NCBI RefSeq assembly: GCF_006345805.1
Contig: NC_043013.1
Coordinates: forward strand, 2,356,001-2,420,000
DNA length: 64,000 nt
From: Octopus sinensis
Lineage: Eukaryota
Reading direction: 5' to 3'
Part shown: positions 26,879 through 40,986 of the stretch, in pieces
Layout: every line of letters starts with the position of its first letter
Position numbering within the stretch: position 1 is the stretch's first letter
Notes under the pieces: model-generated
The model's database searches: none
What the model was told of the DNA's origin: nothing
Seen by the model: the letters and a program-made list of their open reading frames with translations, nothing else
Position numbers and translations under genes: made by a program

Positions 26879-29800
26879 CTCTCCCTACCCCTCAGCTAAT
26901 TCTTTCTGTTTCTTATTACTTCTTACCTCCTTTCTCTCCTCTCATCCTTACTCCCTCCCCACAATCTATTCTCAAAAACTGCTAAGCGCTGTGGCTGTTA
27001 TACATGCTTACAACTGTGATCGCAATGATGATGATGATGTTGGTGGTAGGAGGGGTGGGAGTGATGGTGATGATGGTAGGGGTGATGATGATGATGATGA
27101 TGCTGAAAGCGTAGGAGGGAGAAGAGAGGAGTAACAGCACTAGAGAGAGAGAGAGTGAAAGAGTGAGAGAGGGAGTAGTGATGTATAACCTAGATACTGG
27201 CCAATAGACACATGTACACACGTTTGTTGCAGTATTGCCGCCAATATTAAAACACTACCACAAACAACAACAACAACAACACCAGCAGCGGAACCTCCTT
27301 CGACAAAGCTTCCACCACTGACTGACACCATTACCATCTCCAGCTACAACAACACAAGCAAAATGCACCACCATTTCACCACTGACATCACCACCACCAC
27401 CACCACCACAACTCAACAATATCACTGACAATACATAATATAACCCACTCCCTACCTCCGCCTCCTTGTCAGCATTACCACCACCACCACCACCACCACA
27501 CTATTATTACTTCTACTACTGCTGCTGCTGATGCAACTATTACTACTACTACTACCACCACTATTACAGCAAGCCAGGGAAGGAGCCTCTGCAGAGTACT
27601 TCAACCTGCTAGAAATAGCAGCCAAATCTTCAAAATGCACCCTATCATCTTAAGAGAGAAAAGCACATTGGATAATGTAGTCCTAGATACACTGTGATCA
27701 ACGCCACAAGCCTATGATCAAAGCCATTCTCTACCACCACCATCACCACCATTAGCAACTTGTGTTGGTGGCGGGAGAGAAGTCTTTGAACATAGGTCTG
27801 CTCAATCAGGGCTGACTTGGGCCCCCTAGTCAACAATAACAACTACCACCAGTGTTCGGTTCAAATGTACATCAATAAAATACTAGTTTGTTGTTGTTAT
27901 TGTTGTTGTTGTTGTTGTTGTATGCAGAGTATCCCAGCCTCACCCTGCTCTGTAATGGCCCCATGTTAGCAGATCCAACAAAGCCTTCATCTATTTAATT
28001 AACATCTACATCTATCATTATGTGTGTAGATGTTCCTGTTGGTATGTGCGTATGCGTTGCTGTAGATGTATGTGTACTTGAGATTAAAACGTCACAGACA
28101 TCAACTGTAAAAGTGAGTCAATGTGTGCGTTTGTGTGTGCGTATTAGATCTATGTGATGTGTGTGTATGTGTTAGATATGTACATTTTCCATATACATAT
28201 ATGCTGGATAGAGACAGATAGATCTGATCAAATGATCAAAAGAATCCACAATCAATTAAAAGAGTTCAATGTTAAGAACAGAGACATTTATTCAATGTAT
28301 TTCTTTACAAACTGGCCATGTTTCAACTATCAAAATCATTAGAGGTGGTCGGAGGGTGGATAGGCTATTGGCAAGTTTCACTTTCTACTTGGTCCAATGA
28401 AACAACTTAATTTAAAAAGTGCCATCAATTCTCATCAAGGAAGTACATCAGAAAATCCCAGCCTTTTCCCAATCACATCTGAACCATTGTATTGTATGAG
28501 AGCAAAGAATCCAGATTAATTTTATAGCAAAATAAAATAACTGTTTTGCTTCTTATTTTTCTTAACAAAAGTGACTGTTTTTTTAAATTTTTATTTATTT
28601 ATTGATTTCTACATGGCTGTGTGGTTTAAGAACTTTGCTTTCCAACTGCATAATTTTGGGTTCAGTCCCACTGCATGAAACCTTGAACAAATGTTCTCCA
28701 CTTCGCCATCTGCCTCTCAGCTGACTTGTGAGTGGATTTGGTAGATGGAAATTGAGGGAAGTTCCTTGCTTGTGTTTGTGCATGTGTGCACACATTTGGA
28801 TTTTCTTTGTTTTGAGATGGTACAATAGTCGTAAATGAGGTAAAAGAGCATTGCTTTCATACAGTGTCGTTTCTTTTCAGTCTTCCAGGGAAATATGATG
28901 AACCTGATGAAAATATTACCTAGTTGGGAGACAGATAAAGGTTGATGACAGGAAGGGCATCCAGTCATAGAAAATCTGCCTCAATGAATTCTGTTTGATC
29001 CATTTAAGCATAGAAAAGTGGATGTTAAAAAGCTGATGTTCATGATCACACACACACACACACACCTATATATGTAGGTCATTTTAAAAACTTTTCTGAA
29101 TCCTTTTCACAAAGGAGTTAGTTTCTAAGAACCAAAGAACAATCAATGAGTTTAGATTACAACAACAGCAAAATAATTATATTTAATATTAGAAAAGTGT
29201 TGCTGGCAAGATTTTCCTTAGTTCACTAGCAAATCAAATTTCAATTTCAATATATGTCACAAGATCCCTTTCATTACTCAGAACCCCAGTTTCTCCAAAC
29301 TGTTAATGATTCCCTATTTTCAGAATTGGTATATTGTAGCATGTCAAAAGAGGCAACTAAAACTGACCATAGAACACTAAAAAAGAACTGTTCAATCCAC
29401 ATCCACATGTAATAGTATAAGCAACAGTGGTCTCTACCCTTGAGAGTTGACAGGTTTTGTGCCACCTCATCTGTCTTTCCCCTCTTCTTGTCATCTATAT
29501 TGTGTTCACTATACTCCCACCCCAAGTTTCAAAGGAACCATTAACTCTTCAGCATTTTAACTGCTCTAAATATTCTACCTGTTTTATATGCAAACCAGCC
29601 ACATCATTGAAATCTCAAAGCTACCAGGTAAATGCCTGATTAATTCAAAACAATGTGAATAAATGAAGAATACATTTACCAAAGTAATCTGAATACTAAA
29701 TGGTTAAAAGCCTTCCTTTTTCAGAGCATCAGCTCCCTGAAATCTTCCCATCCTGCTCATATTTGCTTACTGTTATCATCAATTTGTAAAGCAATAAAAA

Positions 29801-30462
29801 AAATTATGATTTTAATTAACTACAATTTCTGACTTTCCATTCCACTCAGTTGTTCTTCCTTATTCCAGAAAACACTTTCATACTTTGGTCCACTAAAAAT
29901 TCCTTACTTTCTTCTAAAACTGTGGCAGCATTCATTCCTATTGTACATCTACCAAACCAGATATCATTTTATATGTATACAATGCTACTGTAGCTATAAG
30001 CATTTGTATATCATATTCCTGGAGGTAGCCTGAAGCTTGATAGAATAGTTACATAGCTTGCAGAAAATGATGAACATCTGCTGAAAATATCCAAAGTGAT
30101 GTGGTACAACAGAATTGTCTTATTATATTATAGAGGCCTGGTGGCATTCCTACCATTTACCAGGTATTTTACTAGTTATCACCATTTAGCACTTCAATGC
30201 TGAAGGTAAGATGTAATCTATCTGTCACTGGTTGAGCACAGGCTATTCACCTTGTCTATGTAGCTTTTAATCATATCATATATTCACATATATATGTACA
30301 TACTTACATACGCATGCACACACAACACAAACAGGCATAAATGTACACACACACACAAATAGATATACATATACAAAAATGCTAGAATGGAGCAAGATAT
30401 CTTTAAGAGCCGTACACTTTCACTCAAATGACTTAACTCAGCTCACTCTCTCATTCTTGTAT

Positions 30463-30980
30463 TATCATCATCATCAGTTAATGTCTGCTTTCCATGCTAG
30501 CATGGGTTGGATGGCTTGGTTGAGGACTGGCAAGCTAGAAGGATGCACCAGGTTCCAATCTGATCTGGCAAGGTTTCTACAGCTGGATACCCTTCCTAAC
30601 GCCAACCACTCCGAGAGTGTAGTGGGTGCTTTTTACATGCCACTGGCACAAGGGCCAGTCAGGCAGTACTGGCATCAACCATGCTTGAATGGTGCTTTTT
30701 ATATGCCACAAGCACAAGAACCAGTCAGGCAGCACTGGCAATGACCACACTTGAATGGTGCTTTTTTATGGACCATAAGGATGGGACCAATCAAGCAGCA
30801 CTGGCATTGACCATGCTTCAATGGTGCTTTTGACATGCCACCAGTATGGGTGCCAGTCAGGCGGAACTGGCATTGGCCACAACAGCTTCACTTGACTCAA
30901 CAAGCCTTTGCAAGCACAGTTTATTTCCCAATGATTGAAGGGTTCTCTTAAATGGGCCAGTTATGCTGCACTGGCATAGG
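30463..30980 (-). mobile_element. Degenerate RTE-LINE 3' UTR fragment with four ~65-bp internal tandem units
   Basis: Reverse complement of the 36.5-36.7 kb terminus. ggtgcttttta..tgcca...ccagtcaggcagcactggca recurs 4 times. Confidence 0.8.
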
Positions 30981-31849
30981 TCTAGGCCAGTATATATTTA
31001 TACCTAATGACAAGATAAAGTCAAAAGCTAGGGATTGCCAAAACATCTGAAGGGATATCCAGATCTGATATTAACACCAAACCTGGTGTGTGTCCAGATC
31101 CTTAAAACATCATACCCGATGGTTGGTTGTCCTGCATCACAGCTTTTACCCCAGCATCACAGTATATTTGCTATCTGCATCAACTGAAACCATTAACCTG
31201 CTGCTACCAACTTTGAAGTTGTGAAGATGTAGATTTACTTCTTTATTCTATGCCTTGTTAGAATAAAATGGACAACCATCTGCCCTTGATCCTCTGCTCT
31301 TTAGCCAAGTCTTGCTTTTTCATTCGGCAGAGTGTCCAAACTCACCATCCTCACCGAGCAAGCTTGGCAAGTACAATACATATATATCATTATTTTAACA
31401 TCTACTTTACTATGCTTGGGTCAGACAGACTTTTCTACAGCCAAGATGCTCTTTCTGTCACCAACCCTGACCTGTTTCCAGACAAGGTAATATTTCCTGT
31501 GGCCAGACAATGCCTGGCCACAGGAACAAACAACACTGCTTGTATGATGGTGATGTTCATTTACAGCCACCACATGATGTTAAGACAAGGGTGCACATGA
31601 CAAGATGCACATTGTACATACATGCGTGCATGTGTGTGTTAAGATGAGTTTTTTTTTTTCATGAGTATAAAATCTAATTTTTCAGTGTATGTATGTTATC
31701 TTTTACTTGTGTTAGTCATTAAGCTGTGGCCATACTGAGACACTACACACACACACACATGCATGCATGCATGCACAGACTTAGTCAGAACCCTTTCTTT
31801 TGAATGGCAGAAAAATTAAAAAATCAAACTAAACACTTTTAGTATATAT

Positions 31850-32262
31850 ATATATGCTTTTTTTACCAGTCATATACTGGGGACAATTCTAGTGACTATA
31901 TTCCTCTTATTTGACAATACATACATACACATATGCATGTATGTATGTATGTGTGTGTATATGTGTATAAAACAAGTCTTAAAAAAATTATATATATATG
32001 TGTATGTATGTATGTATGGGAGGGATCTTGTCTTCCGTAAGAAATTGTCATCACCGTATATGCTTTTTTACCAGTCATATACTGGGGACAATTTTAGTGA
32101 CTATATTCCTCCTATTTGACTATAAATACACATATGCATGTATGTATGTATGTATGTATATATGTGTATAAAACAAGTTAAAAATAAATTATATATGTGT
32201 GCGTGTGTGTGCATGTGTGTGTGTATGGGAGAGATCCTGTCCCCCCCCCCGTAAGAAATCAT
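31850..32262. repeat. Local tandem duplication (~205-bp unit x2)
   Basis: tatgctttttaccagtcatatactggggacaatt...gtaagaaat occurs at ~31850 and ~32058. Confidence 0.85.
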
Positions 32263-32615
32263 CATCATCATCACCAACATCATTACCTCAGGTTACATTA
32301 CTATTCATACATTATTCATACATTATTCACACATCCCTATATAACTTACATGTGCAGTGAACTTGCACCCACATACATGATCACACACACACACACACAC
32401 ACACATGCTTCCCTGCTTTTCCCTTGCTATTACTCCACCACCACCACCACCACCACCACACCGTTTACCTGTCACTTTGCCTAACCCCTGACCTAGTGAC
32501 CTTTATTAGACTCATGCCACAGTAAGAGGATGTTTACCTGATGGTAATGTCAGTCCTATACACAGTGCCATGTTATAGTGTGTACACACTGCAAATGATG
32601 TATACATATAGTGTG

Positions 32616-32648
<33 letters not shown>

Positions 32649-33292
32649 ATGCTTGTGTTTGTGTTCAAGTGTATATGTATTTCTGCATATGTGTTTCTGC
32701 ATATGTTGTCTATATAATGTGTATATAATTGTATACACGTGTATAATATTAATTTATAATGCTTCAATAAACAGTGTATTTGTCTTTCTTATATTGTCTT
32801 ACTGGTGCGCGCACACACACACACCTCACTAATCTGTAAATGGTAGAAGAAATATGCTTCTATGTGGGTGTATATATACATATATATGGGAGGGATCTTG
32901 AATGTTGAAGACACACACGTGTTCGTGTAGGTAAGTCTATATTAATAGTGGCTCCACCTATGTGCAATTAAGACTTGCAAGTGCCACCTACAGAGTAATT
33001 AATAGTCAGCGAGTTGAATTTAATTAAAATAAGAAGTGAGGGGTGGACAGAAGTAGGAGCAACGATAATTGCAAAGATGTTAGTGTTGGCTGTTGCTGTT
33101 TAGCCCAAGGCCTTCTCAGATTGATCATACCACTGATCAGAGCATTTTTAGCCATCACTATCTGACACATATAACAAGAAACTACACAATCCAATAAGGC
33201 CTTCATTTAAAATGAGAGGGGTACAGTTTTTGAGGGAGATTTAGCAGCTATTTCTAACAGGTCAAATTACCACATAAATACTCTCACACTAG

Positions 33293-33670
33293 TTACCTCC
33301 ATCTAAGTGAAGGTGGAGGTATTGTTTTCAGTTGCATTTTTTTGTCTGTGGACAAGATATCTCAAAATCCAAAGGATGGATTCGGACGAAACTTCCAGTG
33401 ATGATTGGCCTTGTGACTGGCACTAACTGATTCGATTTTGGGATCGATCCGGTACCAGACAAGGATTCTGGATTATTTTTCCCTTTTTTTTTTTTTTTTT
33501 TTTTTTTTTTCAAACTTAATTTTCGAGTGGATGGGTTCATTTTTGGTATTCCCGTTTGTGAAAGCAGTTGAGTTTATTTCAGATATGATCATTTTAAAAA
33601 TCCTCTCTGGCTGATCGTTGAGAGGTGTTGCCTCGGCAGAAGTTTGCACTCTCGGAATGCTTGTGTTTGT
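33293..33670 (+). mobile_element. Non-autonomous Helentron/DINE-1-like (HINE) element
   Basis: 5' ttacctcc...ggaggtattgttttc subterminal inverted repeat, short tgtc tract, core aagatatctcaaaa...ggatggatt..acgaaactt, and 3' ggcagaagtttgcactctcggaatgc stem-loop. Confidence 0.7.
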
Positions 33671-33778
33671 AATGCATTAGGGTGGTGGTATTGGTGATGG
33701 CACTGGTTGTGAATGCAGTGAAAATGGTACATGGTATTAATGTGTTAAGTGGCAATAGTGGTGGTGGTCGTCGTAATG

Positions 33779-33825
<47 letters not shown>

Positions 33826-34139
33826 GTGTGTGTGTGTGCATGCGAGCGCATGCAGAAATGTAACTGGAACAGTGATAAACTACATTAACAAGACATCTCT
33901 AAAGTGAGAGAAAACGAGAGAAAGACAGAGAAAGAGAGAACAATGATGCCATCAACAGGCCTTGTACATGGCTACCGAAAGCCAGCCAGTGGTATTACAA
34001 AGATTTCAGAGATTATTACATCAGTGTATTATTGGTAATGTTGGCAGCACACAGATGTCTTTACCATCATGCTCAAAGGTGACGCCACAGTGTGTGTGTA
34101 TGTGTGTGTGAGCATGCATGCGTGTTCATGAGATTATAC

Positions 34140-34195
<56 letters not shown>

Positions 34196-34440
34196 ATATA
34201 CATATACATATATTGATACAGAAATACGTAATCATGCACATATAAATAAATGGAAGCAAACGGAACATACAGTATTATATATACTTAATGACGTGCATAT
34301 ACGAACATGCATAATACATAAGCATGTATGCACATATTGCTGTATATTAAAGATCACGAATAAATGGGAAAAAATGTAAGACATCAAAAAAGGGTCATAT
34401 ACAAAGGTATGTATCTTCATACATTATAGATATATATAAA

Positions 34441-34545
<105 letters not shown>

Positions 34546-34661
34546 TATATATATAAATCTCTCTATATATATATATATATATAAAACTATATATATATAA
34601 ATCTCTCTCTATATATATATATGTATATATAATTATATATATATATACATATATAAAAATA

Positions 34662-34700
<39 letters not shown>

Positions 34701-35637
34701 CTAAAATATATATAATAAATCTATATATATATATATATAACACTATATATATATTTGTATATATAAATCTATATACATATATAACTGTATATACATATAT
34801 AAATATATATGCACAAACACATAATAAATACACGTGTATATGGGATTTGTGTGCATCGTGGGTATTCTTTATATTCTCTTTTGCCAGTAAATAGTAATAT
34901 AATAAAGGAATTCAGTTCAAACTCTACTTTAGGTGTACAAAGTCAGTCGATGTATGTTTCATGCATGTATGTTCATTACTTACTGTGGAGAGCAGGGGCA
35001 ACGTTATATAACAAACAACAATATCACTTTTCATATATTTATTTTACTTTCAATGCCAATGGTTATACAGGGGCCTATATACAACTGGCAATACAGTATT
35101 ATTAACACGTTATAAATACGCACACATGAACATGCACTCTCTCTCTCTCTCTCTCTCCTCTCACTCACTCAAACACATGTAGTAATAGCTAATAGCTCAA
35201 CATGCTGCAATTTCCCTTAATATTAAGAAAGCAAGCTTCTATATTGCAAGGAAGAGATTAAAAAAAAACCATGCACACACACACACACACACAAATTAGG
35301 TTGTAATCTTTTGACTACCCAACAAGAAAGCCATATTTGAAATATAGGTACATATTTGATATTAGTTTTCCAATATCTCGACTGTAGAAGAGATGATTTA
35401 AAATTGTATAAAGCGAACATTTCTATAACAAAAGAAAGACCCCCCTGACTGCCCCACTGCCCGATCTGCTTCAGTTTCATGAATACTTTTATACATTAAC
35501 TATGTATGTATATTTATATACCTCCACACACAAGCATACTATGGGTGCATAAATATGGTATCAGTATGTGTACATATATACATGTACATCTCACTTTCTG
35601 TGTGTGTGTATATATATTCCATATATTATATATATAC

Positions 35638-35672
<35 letters not shown>

Positions 35673-35870
35673 TATTATATATATATATTTATATAGTATT
35701 ATACGTCATCATCAACTATTATATATATATGTATATATGTTATATATATTTATGTATATATATATTATATGTATGCATATATGTGTGTGTGTGTGTATAT
35801 ATATTTGGATATATGTAAATATATACGATGATGATGATGTGTATATATATATATATTTGTATATGTTTTC

Positions 35871-36706
35871 CTGGAAGAGGTAGACCCAGGAAAACCTGGG
35901 ACGAGGTGGTGAAGCACGACCTTCAAACTTTAGGCCTCACTGAGGAAATGACCAGCGACCGAGACCTTTGGAAATATTCTGTACGTGAGAAGACCAGGCA
36001 GGACAAGTGAGCCCAGCCCACTTATGAATGCCTTTCCTCCCTTGGACACAAAGACCTGTTGAGGCAAGCGAAGTCGATATAGAACCTCATCCGACGACAG
36101 ACACCCATGCCAACCCCCTTTGCTTGCGAAGACATGTTGGGGCAAGCGAAATCGAAACTGAATTGAACCAGCCAGGATCCCTGGTCTGGTGGTACGTAAA
36201 AAGCACTATCCAACTCGTGGCCGATGCCAGCGCCGCTTCGACTGGCTTCCGTGCCGGTGGCACGTAAAATACTCCAATCCGACCGTACGACAGGCACCCA
36301 TGCCAACCCCCCTTGCTTGTGAAGACATGTTGGGGCAAGCGAAATCGAAATCGAATTGAACCAGCCAGGATCCCTGGTCTGGTAGTACGTAAAAAACACT
36401 ATCCGACTCGTGGCCGATGCCAGCACCGCCTCGACTGGCTTCCGTGCCGGTGGCACATAAAATACACCAATCCGACCGTGGCCGTTGCCAGCCTCGCCTG
36501 GCACCTGTGCAGGTGGCACGTAAAAAGCACCCACTACACTCACGGAGTGGTTGGCGTTAGGAAGGGCATCCAGCTGTAGAAACATTGCCAGATTAGACTG
36601 GAGCCTGGTGCAGCCTTCTGGCTTCCCAGATCCCTGGTCGAACCGTCCAACCCATGCTAGCATGGAGAACGGACGTTAAACGATGATGATGATGATGATG
36701 ATGATG
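35871..36706 (+). mobile_element. 5'-truncated RTE-clade LINE: RT C-terminus RGRPRKTWDEVVKHDLQTLGLTEEMTSDRDLWKYSVREKTRQDK*, long 3' UTR with a 193-bp tandem duplication, (GAT)n tail
   Basis: RGRPxKTWxExVxxDL...DRxxW is typical of RTE ORF ends. Stop at 36008-36010. Units 36094-36286 and 36287-36479. Shorter 3'-end copies at ~7860-8003, 38575-38710, 39250-39460, 47130-47385 and 56711-56875. Confidence 0.88.
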
Positions 36707-36958
36707 TTGTATGTGGAGAGTGTCATTCTCTTTTAGTGCCTAATTATTTAACAAATATGCTTTGACACACAAACTTACATAAAGAACCTTGCAACCCAAA
36801 TCCAAAAACAAAGTATTTGTGTGTGTGTGTGCGTGTGTGTGTATATATATATATATATACACACACACATATATATGTATGTATATATATATATAGATAG
36901 ATATACATGTGTGTATATATATGTATATGCATATATATATGTATGTATATGTATGTGT

Positions 36959-37059
<101 letters not shown>

Positions 37060-37802
37060 GTGCGTGTATATGTATATCATCTTCCATGCTAGCATGGATT
37101 CGAGTATATTAACTATAGAAAGTGAGGTATACATGTATATATGTACACATACTGATACCATATATATTTATGCACCCACAGTATGCTTGTGTGTGGAGGT
37201 ATATAAATATACATATATAGTTAATGTATAGTTGGAGTATATATGTATATATATATGTATGTATATATATATGTGTTATCGTATATGTGTATATGTTTGT
37301 GTATATATATAAAAATATATACACACATATATACATACACACACACACATAAATCCATTTGTATAACTGTGTGTTTGTACATGTTTGTATATTTGTGTCA
37401 AAGAGCCAAGTAAAGTGACACGAGCAATATAATCCTTCAGTACTTGAGACACAAAATCAATGCACACACACACACACACACATGTAGTAAGAATGAAGCA
37501 AGGAATAGACTACACAACCAATCACCTTGCGTGATATTGATGATGGTGTGTGTGTGTGTGTGTGCATTTGTGAATGCATAGCATGTGCAATATGCCTATC
37601 GTATATTAAACCTGCCAATAGGATACCAGGTGAAATTACCATCTAATTAAATTTTTAAAAAACAAATGTAGATGTGTATGTTTGTGCTTTGTGGCTTAGA
37701 CGTGAGGCAAGCGATGACCATGACCTTAGTATGCCTCCCCAGACTGGTCAGATTAATACAGATAATCTTTAGTTTGAGCAACAGTACATGTGTGTGTGTG
37801 TG

Positions 37803-37842
<40 letters not shown>

Positions 37843-38015
37843 ATGTATATATATGTGATGCATGTATACACATACATAAATACATACTTATTTAAGATGA
37901 TTAAAATTTATTTTTGGCTCAGCACTAAGTACAGCAGCTTGCACTCAACTACATTCTCATTCTGAAAAAGTACAGGGATATTTTCCATCATCTCTGTCTA
38001 TGTGTATATATATTT

Positions 38016-38285
38016 TTAATTATAATAAAGGGTTAATTGCAACAAGTTGCTCAAAACCACATACCGAAAATATTAGAAATAGCAGCCAAATAGGTCACTA
38101 TTTGTACTACTAGTAAAAAAGTCTCCACAAACAAACAGAATTTGTAACCCGGGTAACAAATTCTGTTTGTTTGTGGAGACTTTTTTACTAGTAGTAGAAA
38201 TAGTGACCTATTTGGCTGCTATTTCTAATATTTTTGGTATGTGGTTTTGAGCAACTTGTTGCAATTAACCCTTTATTATAATTAA
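38016..38285. repeat. Near-perfect 270-bp palindrome (135-bp arms, no loop, ~3 mismatches) centred on CCC|GGG at 38150/38151
   Basis: Direct arm comparison. The right arm continues to ~38385 with sequence related to the 3' end of the 49.5-50.2 kb element. Confidence 0.95.
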
Positions 38286-39618
38286 TATAATCCTTACCAA
38301 ATATGGTCATTTCCATACCGAAAAAACTACTAGGTGAAATTTATTAATTTTATTAAATTAATTATATTTCACCCTTTATGTGTATTGTATATATATATAT
38401 ATATGATTATTGAATGAAATAGGAACAGGAAATATGGAATGAACTCCATTAGCTTATGGTAGTTTGTGCAAAAAAGGAGTCACTGCACTCGTAGCTAAGT
38501 GCTTATGCAACATCTCATAGCTTCCTCAGAGCCATTAAAGTGAAATCTCTCTCCATCTCTTTCATCATCATGATCATCATCATTTAGCGTCCGCTTTCCA
38601 TGCTAGCATGGGTCGGACGGTTCAACTGGGGTCTGGGAAGCCAGAAGGCTGCACCAGGCCCAGTCTGATCTGGCAATGTTTCTACGGCTGGATGCTCTTC
38701 CTAACGCCAATATATATATATTGGCCGTCCAACCCATACTAGCATGGAAAACGGACGTTAAACGATGATGATGATGATTATATCACATTGCTTTACTGCT
38801 ACAGCCATTGCATTGTACCCCTGTTGATGTATCTAAACTCAGCTCATGTCAGTCAGGTGAAGCTAAAAACAAAAGCAATTAACATTCTACACACTCTATT
38901 TGCAATGTTTGGCATTAAAAAAAAATTCATTGGTATGGCTGTGTGGTAAGACACTTGCTTCCCAAACACATGGTTCATTGTTTAGTTCCTTTGTGTGGCA
39001 CCAGGGGGACAATTACTATGAAGGCCTCAGACAGACCAAAGCCTTGTGTGTTTCTGGCCTTGTGATGTGACTATGGTCAAAGCACTTTGTTTATTAAACT
39101 ATTGATGGGAACTGCAGAAAGAAGAGGAGAAAGAGAGAGAGAGGCAGACACATAGTCTGACCATCTGTAAGTAGCTACAGTTCCTGATACTACAAATAGG
39201 TGTACCTTGAAGAATCACATTCCATATAGCTGCAATTAGGTACTGATGCTAGTGCCATGTAAAAAGCACTGGTGATGGTGCTACGCGAACAAGCATCTGT
39301 AAAGTAGTTGGCATTAGGAAGGGCATCCAACTGTAGAAGCCAAGTCAAAACGGATTATGGACTCCGGTGTGGCTCCTGGCCTTGCCAGTTCCTCTCAAGC
39401 CATCCAACTCATGCCAGCATGGAAAATGGACATTAAATGATGATGATGATGATGATGATGAAAAGACAAATATTACAGGTGAAACTAGGGATACAGTTCT
39501 GCATAGGTTCTATGGATTAAAGCAATGGGCAAATGTCCAAACCTACAGAATCCCTCGGAGCCATGTGATATGGTAAGGAATAAAAAACATCATTACTAGA
39601 CTAAAATAAAATACTTAC

Positions 39619-39912
39619 CTGTTTTCGTTTTGTCTTACATCCATCGAACTTGTTCTTTATCTGATCAATGATGTCTTGGCATTTTTCTAGATTCTCTTGA
39701 TCTTTGGCAAGCATCAAATAGTTCCGCCAATGCGCAGAATCAAACCCCCAATGGCATATACGGTTCTCCATTGGGGTGTGTGAGTGACAAACAAATTGTT
39801 GTGGGTTAAAAAGTGCGTGGCATTCAGTGCAATAGATGCACTCAGCGTCCGGTGTATGATAGCGATCTGGTTGGATAATTCCTTTGCATTTGCCAAAACA
39901 TTCGTGATAGAC
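39619..39912 (-). CDS. SKI: c-SKI SMAD4-binding (SAND-like, Zn-binding) domain exon, 294 nt/98 aa: VYHECFGKCKGIIQPDRYHTPDAECIYCTECHALFNPQQFVCHSHTPMENRICHWGFDSAHWRNYLMLAKDQENLEKCQDIIDQIKNKFDGCKTKRKQ
   Basis: Hand translation gives the Ski/SnoN signatures VYHECFGKCKG, CxxCxxC, FVxHSH and ENRxCHWGFDSAxWR. Acceptor aaatag| and donor cag|gtaagt. Phase 0 join to 6863. Ski versus SnoN orthology is not resolvable by eye. Confidence 0.97.
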
Positions 39913-40649
39913 CTATTTTGAATTTTTTTTTTTTTTTTTTCAATGTTTGTATGCATATATAAATATAGTGTATGTTTGGAAACAAGTTGAAGCAAATTCA
40001 ATTAAGTTGAGCATCAGTTCAAGTTGGTAGTCAATTGGTTGGTTGGTTGGTTGGTTGGTTGTCCAAATGGTTTGAAGAAGAATCCAGTTTCAAGAGGGTG
40101 ATAAGACATACCGAAATGATGAAAAAGAAAAGAAAAAAAACAAAAACAATGTTATTAATATGGAATTAACAGAATGATTTGTATAGGTGATGGTGGATTA
40201 GAAGTGAAAGCAAAGGAAGGATTATGAGGAGGTGGAGATGAAAAAGAAGAAAAGCGAGAGAAAAGTGAAAGAAGAGAGAAATGCAAATGTGGGAAGAGAG
40301 AGAGAGAAATATCAGTGAAATGAAATGATAACACATTAAAACTTACGTAGACACCAAAACACCTAATTCTAGCTAAAACTGCAGCATAATGCAAATAAAT
40401 ACAAACATAAAAGGATAAATCAAAGTAAAGGCTCGGCACATTAAACACACATACAACAAACACTTTAACACAAACAGTGACTTATGTACAAACACACATA
40501 AACATGTATTCAATGTGAACAGATACAATAACATAAATACACGCAAAAACAATTATCATATTTACCAGTAATATAATGGGGGAACTAGTTATCTAGTTGT
40601 TGGTTAGAGTTATTATATTTATAACTGAGATGTTTGACACCGACACTAA

Positions 40650-40895
40650 TACATCCTTTATCATTTACACCACTAATACCCTCTGGAGAGGTACCAACAT
40701 CACTACATTGTACCTGAACCATATTTACACCTTCCAAATATATACATTACTAATGACCTTTGGTCTGGGATAAATATCACTACGTAATCTCGTTTGATTC
40801 ACATCACTAACCTTTGGACAGGTATGAACATCACCACCTCTAATTTTGACCATATGTACACCATTCACATCCTTTGGACAGGTACAAACATGAAG
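40650..40895. repeat. Old degenerate tandem repeat, ~4 units with core cctttggacaggtac.aacatcac
   Basis: The core recurs at ~40680, 40757, 40811 and 40871. Confidence 0.6.
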
Positions 40896-40986
40896 TCCCT
40901 ACCATGAATCACTTCACTTTATAGATATCACTTAGAATCTCCATAAAAACGAAAACATCACCACATGTCAATGCACAACCTAAATA

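Noticed and set aside
30625-30890. Regularly spaced repeats resembling CRISPR
   Set aside because: The whole ~65-bp units are homologous; this is a tandem repeat in a LINE 3' UTR.
36022-36663. 213-aa minus-strand ORF with an internal repeat
   Set aside because: Antisense reading of the GC-rich RTE 3' UTR and its 193-bp duplication.
39714-40001. Track ORF of 95 aa (-)
   Set aside because: Wrong frame overlapping the real SMAD4-binding exon.
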